33,829 nt of DNA from Macrostomum lignano (taxonomy: Eukaryota), in the NCBI GenBank assembly GCA_002269645.1, contig NIVC01004834.1, positions 1-33,829 of the forward strand, read 5' to 3'. The notes under the pieces were generated by a model. The model was not told the origin of the DNA. It was given only the letters and a program-made list of their open reading frames with translations, and made no database searches. A program made the translations under genes and the position numbers. Shown in pieces: positions 12,901 to 25,720 of this stretch. The stretch's first letter is position 1, and each line of letters begins with the position of its first letter.

Positions 12901-15900
12901 GCAGCACCGGAGCCAGCGCTGTCGTCACGGCGTCGCCGTAGCTGACCCAGCTCCGGATCTTTGACGCGTCGATGTTGGCACCAGTCGACCTGTCGGGTAG
13001 CAGCAGGGTGCCCTGAGAGATGGACGTCACCAGGCTGATGGCCACTGATGAGGAGCCGCAGACATCCAAGATGAGGGCGCCCAGCTTCACGGAGCCGCCG
13101 AAGCGCACGTCTGACTTGTTCCCGCCGTTAATGTAGTCCAGCGTCCACCTAACGGCCTCGGTGTAGCCGAAGCCTTCACCAGTTTTGACCGGGCCGCAGG
13201 CACCGCCGGAGCTGCCAGGAGAACGAACGTTGACCAGAACACCGACAAGGATGTCGCCCGGTAGGTACAGGTAGTTTGGCGTGCCAGTGAAGTACGGCGC
13301 GCACTCGCTGCACCGGGAAGTGTCGCCGCACGAAGAGGAAAGCGTGGCGACGCCGTGAGCGAGCTGCAGCAGGCCGGTGTCGAGGCTGAAGGCGGGCACC
13401 GTGGCTCCCACGGCCTCGTAGGCGGCGCTGCCGTTTTTCACGTTGTACACAGCCAAGCCGAAGGTCGGCACGGAGCGATCAGCAAAGGTAAAAGTCGAAC
13501 CAGTCGATGGGTCGGTGAACCTGCCGTCCCCAAGCTGAGCAATCAGGTCGGCCTGCAGCCCAGTTCCGGTGCCGTTTCCGGCCGGGGAGGCGAACCAGAA
13601 CGCGGTGCAGACGCCGCCGCTGCCGCCTGTGCAGACGCGGCTCAGGCGGGTTGAAGCGGCCAGCGCGTAGCTGGCCGACGCTCGCAGCACAGAGGAGGTG
13701 TAGGCGGACTCAGTGTACCTGGCCGAGGCTGTCAGGCTGTGCGAGGCGGCGCCAGAGCACAGAGTTGTGTAGCCGCGCATGCTGGCAGCGGACAGCGAGC
13801 AGCTGTTCAGGGACTCGTACCACTCCGAGTACCAGGGGTTCGCGGCTGTCTCGTTTGCCAGCTCGCGAGTCCGACCAGCCCAGGTCTGGTAAGGCGTAGC
13901 GGAGGCCGGGCGCGGCTCACCGACTGTGATGACGCCCTGCGATTGGCTGACGCTGGTGGCAGTCAGCGCCGATTGGCTGGAGCCCCAGGCGACACCGCCG
14001 ACCAGCTGGACTGGCGCCGTCACCTGCGGCAGCAGTTGGGCCGCGTCGCTAGCCGTCACCAAGGCGACAACTACGGCTGCCGAGGTGCGCGTTTTCACCT
14101 GGGCCATCACCTGGGCGTGGGTGCCGTTGACGCCGATCACGTAGGTGGCCGAGACGCAGATGCGCCGGGAGCGCGCACCGGCAATGAAGAGGCGCGCAAT
14201 CTCCTGGTTGGCGGCGTCCGGTGAGCAGACCAGCTGGACGTAGTTGACGGACAGAGACGCCAGGGTGGACAGCAGAGCCTCGGCTTCGGCGGACGCGGAG
14301 GCCACAGTCTGGTAGAGATAGGGACTGGAGGTCAGAGCGGCTGGCCTGAAGGAGATCAGCGATCGCCGCTGGGCCGCCAGCAGCTGGGCGATGCCGTCGG
14401 TGCTGCTGGCGCTGCCGGAGCCGACCACGCCGATGATGCGGCTGGGATCGAGGCCGGCGATTCTCCGGGCGCCGCTCAGCAGGGAGTCGACGAGGTCCTG
14501 GCCCAGCACGGAGCTGCCGCAGTCGTCGATTGCCACGGCGCCAATGAGGTCGGTGGCGTTCACCAGGGAGTTGGCCTGGCTCACGGAGTACAGAAAGGCG
14601 TCCAGCTCGCTGCTGCCATCGAGGCTGACGGCGCCGCAGCTGCGCGGACTGGAGCCGGGCGAGTGCACGGAGAACACGCCCAGCAGGTAGAGCTGGCCGG
14701 GCACGTGGGCGAATTTGAAATCCGGCGCGGCGGCCAGGCAGCCGGAGCAGGGCGCCGCAGGGCAGGCAAACTGGGGCAGCGGGATCACGGCGTCCCTGCG
14801 CGATGGTGAGTCGATAATTCTTAGTGTTACTAATAGTAGTGGTGACTTTTCGATTAGCTAGCTGCATTAAAACCTTTGCATCGTTTACGGAGCAGTTGAA
14901 TAGACAGGTACAAGTAGACAGGTGGGTATAGAGGTAGACGACGGGAGGCATGTAGGTAGACACAGTAGATATATTGGTCGACAGGTAGGTAAACTGGTAG
15001 ACAGGTAGGTATATTGGTAGGCATGTAAGTATTACAGGTAGACAGGTAGGTATACTGGTAGACAGGTAGGTACACTGGTAGACAGGTAGGTATATTGGTA
15101 GGCATGTAAGTATTACAGGTAGACAGGTAGGTATACTGGTAGACAGGTAGGTACACTGGTAGACAGGTAGGTATACTGGTAGACAGGTAGGTATACTGGT
15201 AGACAGGTAGGTACACTGGTAGACAGGTAGGTATACTGGTAGACAGGTAGGTATACTGGTAGACAGGTAGGTAATATTGATAGACAAAGTAAGCATAAGG
15301 GTAGTCAGACAGGTATAGACAATTAGACAGTCCATATTCAATCTAAGTAATAAAATATAGCTGCCAGTGCCTGCAACGAATCGCTATGAGCCTCACCTGG
15401 CCGAGTTGTACACATTCACGCTGCCGGACCGCCATTCAGAGAAGGTACCAGCCAGACGAACCCCCACACGGACGTAGGCAAAGGCTGTGCCGTTCTGCCG
15501 CAGGTTGTGCACAAAGTAGTTGGTCTCGTAGGGTTCGCCGGTGTCCGTGAGCCGCAGCTGCTTCACCCGCCGGTCTGGCTCGCTGCTCGCCGTCGAATAT
15601 CTGCCGGGGGAATTCGATTTTCGTAAGACTGGACCGTTTGAGCATCTCAGTGTGAGACTAGACCATTTGAGAATCTCAGTGTGGGACTAGACCATTTGAG
15701 AATCTCACCGTGAGACTAGAATATTTGAGCATATCCCCATTGAGACTAGACCATTTGAGAATCTCACCGTGAGACTAGACCATTTGAGAATCTCATTGTG
15801 AGACTAGACCCTTTGAGCATCTCTCCATTGAGACTAGACCATTTGAGAATCTCATTGTGAGACTAGACCATTTGAGAATCTCATTGTGAGACTTGACCGT

Positions 15901-18900
15901 TTGAGCATCTCACTATGAGACTAAACCATTTGAGCATCTCACCGTGAGACTAGACTAGACCATTTTAGGCATCTCAGTGTGAGACTACATGTAGACCATT
16001 TGAGAATCTCCCCATTGAGATTAGACCATTTGCGAATCTCACTGTGAGACTAGAATATTTGAGCATCTCATCGTGAGACTTACAGTAGACCATTTCAGCA
16101 TCTAACAATGAGACTAGACCACTTGAGCATCTCAATGTGAGACTAGACCGTTTGAGCCTCTCAATGTGAGACGAGACCATTAAAGCTACCTCAGAGAGCC
16201 ATAGAGCCTCTCACCTGGCAATCCGCTCAGCGGCCGTATAGCTAAAATCGGTCGCAGCCACCGCCGCGCTCAGCTCAGCATAGGTGGCGCCGCGCAGAGC
16301 CGCGCAGACCCCGCGAGCCCCGGCGCATTTTGTCTGCCAGAGTGAGCGCAGCGCCCTGGCGTAGGCGAAAGCGGCATCGATGGCCGGCTCGACCAAGCGG
16401 TTCTGTTGGTACTGGGCGGTGGCGGTGGCCATGTTGAAGGCCGGACAGGGGGAGCTCCGGGATTGGCCAGGTTGGTGCCGCCGGACAGGGTGCAGTTGCG
16501 GGTCTGCATGAACCACTGCTGGAAGGCGGCGTTGCCACTACTGGCCACGTTGGACAGCTCGTTCAGGTAAAACGTCTCAAAAGCGTCGTTCGTTCGGTAG
16601 CCGAGACTCACGGAGGTCAGGCCGCGGGCGTTCCTGACGCTGAGCAGGGCGGCCGGATTGCCGAACGAGTCGGACATGATCCACTGGAAGGCGCTGGACG
16701 CCGGTCGTTGAACAGTGGCGCGAAGTCGGCCAATGAAACGACGGCCACCACGGCTCGAACGCCGGAGTCGCGCAGGCGGCCCAGAGCGGACGAGATTTCC
16801 GCTGCGCTTGGCGCAACGCTGATGGCTGACGCCTGGGCTACGCAGATGCCCAGGGAGGCGCTGAGGCTGACCAGGGCAGACTGACCGGCGGTGCCGTACG
16901 CGTCCGTGGTGTACAGGATGCCGATGTGAGTCCAGTTGTACTGCTTGAGCACAGCCCCGATTGCCTGCAAAAGTGTTGGCAGTGGTCTTCGCATGGCAGT
17001 AATAGTTGTGACAAAGGGGGTTGTAGCCTAGTAAGGGGGTTGTGGCCTAGTTAGGGGGTCGTAGCCTAGTGGTTAGAGCGTCAGACTCACGACTTGAAGG
17101 TCGTGGGTTCGATTCCCGATCCAACTGGAACAATTTGTGTCCTTGAGAAAGACAACTAACTCTGCATTGCTTCAGTCCACCCAGCTGTAAAATGGGTGCC
17201 AGCATTAGCTGGGGTAATTGAGGGTGTGTGTGGCGACCCCCCAGTCCTTGGACTGAACAGCCGTACGCAGCCTTCAGATGCGCCGCGCAATAGCTGTGGC
17301 TGAGCTGTCGGTTGCACATGTGCCCAATAGGGCAGGTGTAATCAATTACGCTCGTATTATTATTACAACAATAATTCCAGCCTATAAACTACTGGCACCC
17401 GATGCATCCTGTTGAATTTTAGAATATTGATGAAGTTCAAGCATCGCACCGTGAACTCACATCAAACTGGGCGGTGTCGCTCGGGATGGTTCGGAAGAAG
17501 TTCGGATAGGCCGAGCGGTCGCTCAGGCCGGGCCCGCTGGCCGAGTAGGAGACCAACGGGATGCCGAAGTCGTTGAGCAGCGGCGCGAGCGACACGGCCG
17601 AGTCGGTGGTAGCTGGGCCGATGACGCCGGGCACCAGGGTCTGGTTGGCTGAGCAGGAGGCTGCGGTGGACACCAGCTCGGGGAAGATGGAGTCCAGCAG
17701 TGAGTCCGTCACCTGGCGCCTGCCGCAGGTGTCGTGAACGCTCAGCACTGCGGATGCAGGTGTTCATTTGAGAAATTATTCTCAAAAGCCCATTTTTAAT
17801 GTTTCTCAATCCGCTGACTCAACCTTGCTACTCAAAGCTCATGCACTTTTACAGACCACTGACTCAACCCTGCTACTCAAAGCTCATGCACTTTGAGACG
17901 CCGTGAAGCCACAATTACTCACCGAACTTCACTCCGGGAATGTAGCTGTCATTTATTGCCAAGCCGGCTTCCGTTCCAGAATCCTTATTTAACAGATCGA
18001 ACGCCCATTCCAACGCTTTGATGCTTGGCCAGGCGTCTGTGGAAAGAAATTGCATTTCATTTTAGCTCGTACTTTACATTACATTACATTACATTACATT
18101 TTTCCAGTGGAAAGTCGAATCAAGTAATTAATTTCTTACAGTTTACAGTTCTTACAGAAAGTAAATCTTTATTGGAATAACCAAGCTATTGAACCCATGC
18201 TTTTCATTGTCTATGGTCCAAAGGAGATCTAGGGAGCAAAAAATTCGAAAATTTTAGCGCGCGGTTTCATCAGTTGTGCAACAACTACTTTGGCGCTGGC
18301 GCCAATCCGGTGCTGGCGCCGTATTGGTGCTAGCGCCGCTTTAGTGTTAGCGCCATATTCGTGCTGGCGCCGCTTTAGTGTTAGCGCCGTATTCGTGCTG
18401 GCGCCGCTTTGGTGCTGGCGCCGCTTTGGTGCTGGCGCCGTATTGGTGCTGGCGCTGCTTTAGTGTTAGCGCCGTATTCGTGCTGGCGCCGCTTTGGTGC
18501 TGGCGCCGCTTTGGTGCTGACGCCGTATTGGTGCTGGCGCTGCTTTAGTGTTAGCGCCGTATTCGTGCTGCCGCCGCTTTAGTGTTAGCGCCGTATTCGT
18601 GCTGCCGCCGCTTTAGTGTTAGCGCCGTATTGGTTCTGGCGCCGCTTTGGTGCTGGCGCCGCTTGTGTGCTGGCGCCCCCACGATGGTGTACATGAAAGA
18701 CGCCGTACCCTAATAAAAATCCTGACTAAAGCCCTGACTCACCTTCAACCAGATGCGAGCAGCCGAAACCGTCGGTGCCGGGCCGACGCAGCGCCGCCAG
18801 CACGGGCACCCGAACCGAGGCCGCGCTGCCGCCGCTGCCTAGCGAGAAAGGCGAATAGGCGGCCGATGCGGCGCAGGCCTCAGCCTCCAGAGACGATGCT

Positions 18901-18968
18901 GCCGATGCCGGCCGAAAGACAGCAAGCAAGACTAAGGACAGAGACACAGACAGCCAACTGACGGCCAT
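259..18968 (-). CDS. Giant class C GPCR (mGluR-like) with signal peptide, five tandem Venus-flytrap domains and 7tm_3; 18 coding exons, ~2820 aa (gene span)
   Basis: Exons: 18743-18968, 17923-18036, 17461-17747, 16215-16964, 15397-15600, 12610-14795, 11762-12223, 10846-11181, 10190-10518, 9450-9710, 9051-9219, 8243-8523, 7001-7410, 4789-5266, 4028-4528, 2976-3427, 1419-2410, 259-281. All introns are GT-AG with matching phases. Summed length is 8461 nt + 2 inferred missing bases = 2821 codons. The mGluR VFT motif series recurs five times (xCG, DxC, P-hydrophobic-SxxA[ST], FxRxxPxD, ICV, NPW..C, YxxVG), followed by seven TM helices. Confidence 0.9.
415..1325. repeat. Minisatellite, 23-bp unit CAGCCTTGAGACACCCTCCACCT, ~39 copies (GPCR intron 17)
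   Basis: Direct tandem periodicity with a few recurrent variants (TTAAG, TAGCC, CAGTCTGG). Confidence 0.97.
1419..2410 (-). CDS. GPCR exon 17: fifth Cys mini-linker, class C 7TM domain and proximal C-tail
   Basis: ctcttcag acceptor, phase 2. Reads SLATYG...[12 protein letters not shown]...[13 protein letters not shown]... with seven hydrophobic helices, TM3 Cys (PVVC) and ECL2 Cys (SRCS). In frame with ORF 1381..2283. Confidence 0.92.
2446..2814. repeat. Minisatellite, 21-bp unit TGCTGATAGTGTGTCTCAATA, ~17 copies (intron 16)
   Basis: Tandem periodicity; source of the spurious HYQHIET/MLIVCLN ORFs. Confidence 0.97.
2976..3427 (-). CDS. GPCR exon 16: VFT5 C-terminal part
   Basis: ccacag|EFWQHTLKC...[18 protein letters not shown]...YNKIGYW; donor AG|gtgagt. 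Confidence 0.9.
3857..3941. repeat. (GA)n microsatellite, ~42 units (intron 15)
   Basis: Perfect dinucleotide run. Confidence 0.98.
4028..4528 (-). CDS. GPCR exon 15: VFT5 lobe 2
   Basis: cgccag|[20 protein letters not shown]...[11 protein letters not shown]...DWLE|gtgagg; phase 0 to 0. Confidence 0.9.
4547..4675. repeat. Minisatellite, 22-bp unit GGATGTGGGTGAGCAGGTGGTT, ~6 copies (3' end of intron 14)
   Basis: ATGTG recurs at 4548, 4570, 4592 and onward. Confidence 0.9.
4789..5266 (-). CDS. GPCR exon 14: VFT5 N-terminal part
   Basis: LCG...[12 protein letters not shown]...IDVCQS...[15 protein letters not shown]|gtaagg; phase 2 to 0. Confidence 0.9.
5385..6945. repeat. Minisatellite, 19-20-bp unit GTGTATGATGTCAGTGGG(T)G, ~79 copies (intron 13)
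   Basis: Tandem periodicity with variant units and an internal ~631-bp block duplication. Confidence 0.97.
7001..7410 (-). CDS. GPCR exon 13: VFT4 C-terminal part and Cys linker 4
   Basis: ctgcag|[13 protein letters not shown]...GYHIYEL...YSSVGAY...[14 protein letters not shown]; donor CT|gtgagt. Confidence 0.9.
8243..8523 (-). CDS. GPCR exon 12: VFT4
   Basis: aaccag|GTTYWG...[14 protein letters not shown]...YSQ|gtgagc; phase 1 to 0. Confidence 0.9.
8658..8870. repeat. Tandem repeat, 56-bp unit, ~3.8 copies (intron 11)
   Basis: CTTCCGGCAC at 8661, 8717, 8773, 8829. Confidence 0.95.
9051..9219 (-). CDS. GPCR exon 11: VFT4
   Basis: ctcacag|VNRTG...TVIVTFL...RFLFI G|gtaagc; phase 0 to 1. Confidence 0.88.
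9450..9710 (-). CDS. GPCR exon 10: VFT4
   Basis: tttacag|[35 protein letters not shown]...GAYG...GICISHTLQ|gtagat. Confidence 0.92.
10190..10518 (-). CDS. GPCR exon 9: VFT4 N-terminal part
   Basis: ccgcag|[16 protein letters not shown]...[14 protein letters not shown]...LSR|gtgggt. Confidence 0.92.
10611..10778. repeat. Degenerate tandem repeat, 68-69-bp unit, ~2.5 copies (intron 8)
   Basis: ACTGGGC.CCCACCTCACT at 10615, 10684, 10752. Confidence 0.85.
10846..11181 (-). CDS. GPCR exon 8: end of VFT3, Cys linker 3, start of VFT4
   Basis: cctag|SVCPNFW...YLPVGRY...ACADCTNCP...[12 protein letters not shown]|gtgaga; phase 1 to 1. Confidence 0.9.
11267..11711. repeat. Minisatellite, 34-bp unit TTAAACAGTCCCACCTCACTGACTGATTCTCCAT, ~13 copies (intron 7)
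   Basis: Period 34 (CACCTC at 11341, 11375 and onward). Confidence 0.97.
11762..12223 (-). CDS. GPCR exon 7: VFT3 lobe 2
   Basis: ttcacag|[12 protein letters not shown]...FIASNYWG...[14 protein letters not shown]; donor T|gtgagt. Confidence 0.9.
12610..14795 (-). CDS. GPCR exon 6 (2186 nt): Cys linker 1, complete VFT2, Cys linker 2, first half of VFT3
   Basis: Single open frame (ORF 12563..14788) containing two VFT starts ([17 protein letters not shown]; [16 protein letters not shown]); cgcag acceptor, C|gtgagt donor. Confidence 0.93.
14890..15285. repeat. Minisatellite, 20-bp unit GGTATACTGGTAGACAGGTA (intron 5)
   Basis: Tandem periodicity with an 81-bp sub-block repeated at 15001 and 15082. 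Confidence 0.93.
15397..15600 (-). CDS. GPCR exon 5: VFT1 C-terminal part
   Basis: cggcag|[46 protein letters not shown]...; 204 nt, phase 2 to 2; donor AG|gtgagg. Not in the supplied ORF track in this frame. Confidence 0.85.
15624..16190. repeat. Minisatellite, 29-30-bp unit GAGACTAGACCATTTGAGAATCTCACTGT, ~19 copies (intron 4)
   Basis: GAGACTA at 15654, 15683, 15712, 15742 and onward. Confidence 0.93.
16215..16964 (-). CDS. GPCR exon 4: VFT1 lobe 2 (contains two apparent 1-nt deletions at ~16703 and ~16450)
   Basis: ttgcag|[24 protein letters not shown]..., then a frame switch to [10 protein letters not shown]..., then a switch to CPAFNMA...[12 protein letters not shown]; donor AG|gtgaga. 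Length 750 needs +2 to fit the flanking phases. Confidence 0.85.
17055..17365 (+). mobile_element. tRNA-derived SINE with CORE-like central domain (copy 1), in GPCR intron 3, antisense to the gene
   Basis: A box TAGCCTAGTGG, CTCACGA anticodon-like loop and B box GGTTCGATTCC (17106-17116). Segment 17135-17196 resembles the MIR CORE (TGTGxCCTTGxGCAAG...CTGTAAAATGGG), judged from memory. Ends in a (TAT)n tail. A second copy lies at 32404. Confidence 0.85.
17461..17747 (-). CDS. GPCR exon 3: VFT1
   Basis: ccgcag|VLSVHDTC...[13 protein letters not shown]...[10 protein letters not shown]...[16 protein letters not shown]|gtgagt. Confidence 0.93.
17811..17894. repeat. 45-bp tandem duplication (intron 2)
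   Basis: CC.CTGACTCAACC.TGCTACTCAAAGCTCATGCACTTT at 17811 and 17856. Confidence 0.85.
17923..18036 (-). CDS. GPCR exon 2: VFT1
   Basis: ttccacag|[39 protein letters not shown]|gtgagt; 114 nt, phase 1 to 1; matches the mGluR helix and 'LPGxxLG' region. Confidence 0.88.
18073..18100. repeat. (TTACA)n pentanucleotide run (intron 1)
   Basis: About 5 copies. Confidence 0.85.
18288..18680. repeat. CpG-rich minisatellite, 17-bp unit GGTGCTGGCGCCGCTTT, ~23 copies (intron 1)
   Basis: GTG.T.GCGCC at 18361, 18378, 18395, 18412 and onward. Confidence 0.95.
18743..18968 (-). CDS. GPCR exon 1: signal peptide and start of VFT1
   Basis: [23 protein letters not shown] is a typical signal peptide (inferred by eye); ...[10 protein letters not shown]|gtgagt. 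Confidence 0.88.
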
Positions 18969-19514
18969 TTCTCTGCTATACTCAGAGTTAAACTCGAATC
19001 GATGAGTTGAGTCACAGCAACTGTTGCGATCAGATGATATTTAAGAACAGCAATCGCGAGAACAGAAGACACACAGACACAGGCGGTTCAACTGCAGCGG
19101 CAATATTAACAAAAAGTTGGGTGGGTACGGGCGCGCCCATTGCGAGGTTGGGGGGGGGGGGCCGGGGTGCAGGCCAGTTTAGCCATTCATTCATTCATGC
19201 TTGAGCCTCTGGCGCAGAGATGCTTTGCTGGCATTGAATCTTGCCAGATAGACTTGGAAACAAATCTCTCTTTCATTTCAGAGAGGACTCGCTCTAGAGA
19301 GGCGCAGGAATCTCATTCGCAAGAATAGTGGGGGCGGACAGTTCAGTTGTGTCAGGGTGCGGTGTGCTGTAATTCTATCGCAGAGTAGCTATTATGGTAT
19401 GCTGGCGATTTCGAACCTTTTGTTGCTTCATGCTCTACTCATACCGTAGGTGAAGATCTAGTAGTGATAAATTGGCAGCGTTTGTTCGATTTTTTTATTA
19501 GTTACGAACTTACC

Positions 19515-25218
<5,704 letters not shown>

Positions 25219-25335
25219 CGCTACGTTATATATAATATTTATTAAATAGCGCATGAATGTCAAGTGACACTGGAAATTTGGTGCCTCTGGCAAAAATTCA
25301 AAATATCTTTTAACCGCTCATAGCCAGCATTCTGT

Positions 25336-25341
25336 TTTATT
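25336..25341 (-). promoter_or_regulatory. Putative polyadenylation signal (AATAAA) of the CAP gene
   Basis: Plus-strand tttatt at 25336-25341, ~90 nt past the TAA at 25431; a second tttatt occurs at ~25238. Confidence 0.5.
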
Positions 25342-25430
25342 AATTGAAAGAATTAATTATGTTGAAAATTGAAAACAAAAATTCAAATCCTGAATAAGTG
25401 CAACTGGCGGCTGCAACTCTGTCCCAGAGC

Positions 25431-25720
25431 TTATTTGGAAGGGTTTAGCGAAACTTGCTTGTGTGGCTGATGTGTCTGCTGCTGTTGCTGCTGCTGTTGC
25501 TGCTGCTGTTGCACAGTTGAAGCCAACGGCAAAGCCCGAAGATTTGACGCGGTCAATCCCTGACGCCTCTCCACGACCCTGGCAGTGCCGAAGCCCGCGT
25601 ATTCAACATTGGCGTCCGCTTGCGCCTCATTTGCCGCATTGACCGCCTTGGCAGCTGCTGCCTTCTTGTCAGCCTGGAGGTTGCTCCGGTTAATTATGTT
25701 GTTGCGCGACTTCGGCATCA
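25431..25720 (-). CDS. CAP gene terminal exon (low-complexity Ala/poly-Gln tail)
   Basis: atttcag|VMPKSRNN...QQQQ...NPSK*; phase 1 matches the previous donor; AATAAA lies ~90 nt downstream. Confidence 0.7.

Noticed and set aside
16215-16964. Calling the GPCR a pseudogene
   Set aside because: Only two homopolymer indels occur in 8.4 kb, with no nonsense codons and intact splice sites; sequencing error is more parsimonious, though unproven.
17055-17127. Functional tRNA-Val(CAC) genes here and at 32404
   Set aside because: The acceptor stem (GGGGTCG vs TCCAACT) and the anticodon and T stems pair poorly, and the sequence continues into a shared 240-nt body, so these are SINE heads.
259-18968. 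A tandem cluster of separate single-VFT receptor genes
   Set aside because: There is only one signal peptide and one 7TM, two VFT-VFT junctions lie within single open exons, and all intron phases match.
259-18968. Receptor guanylyl cyclase, ionotropic glutamate receptor or GABA-B assignment for the ANF_receptor domains
   Set aside because: The domains carry mGluR-type Cys pairs and the NPW..C insert and are followed by a class C 7TM; no kinase-like, cyclase or channel segment is seen.
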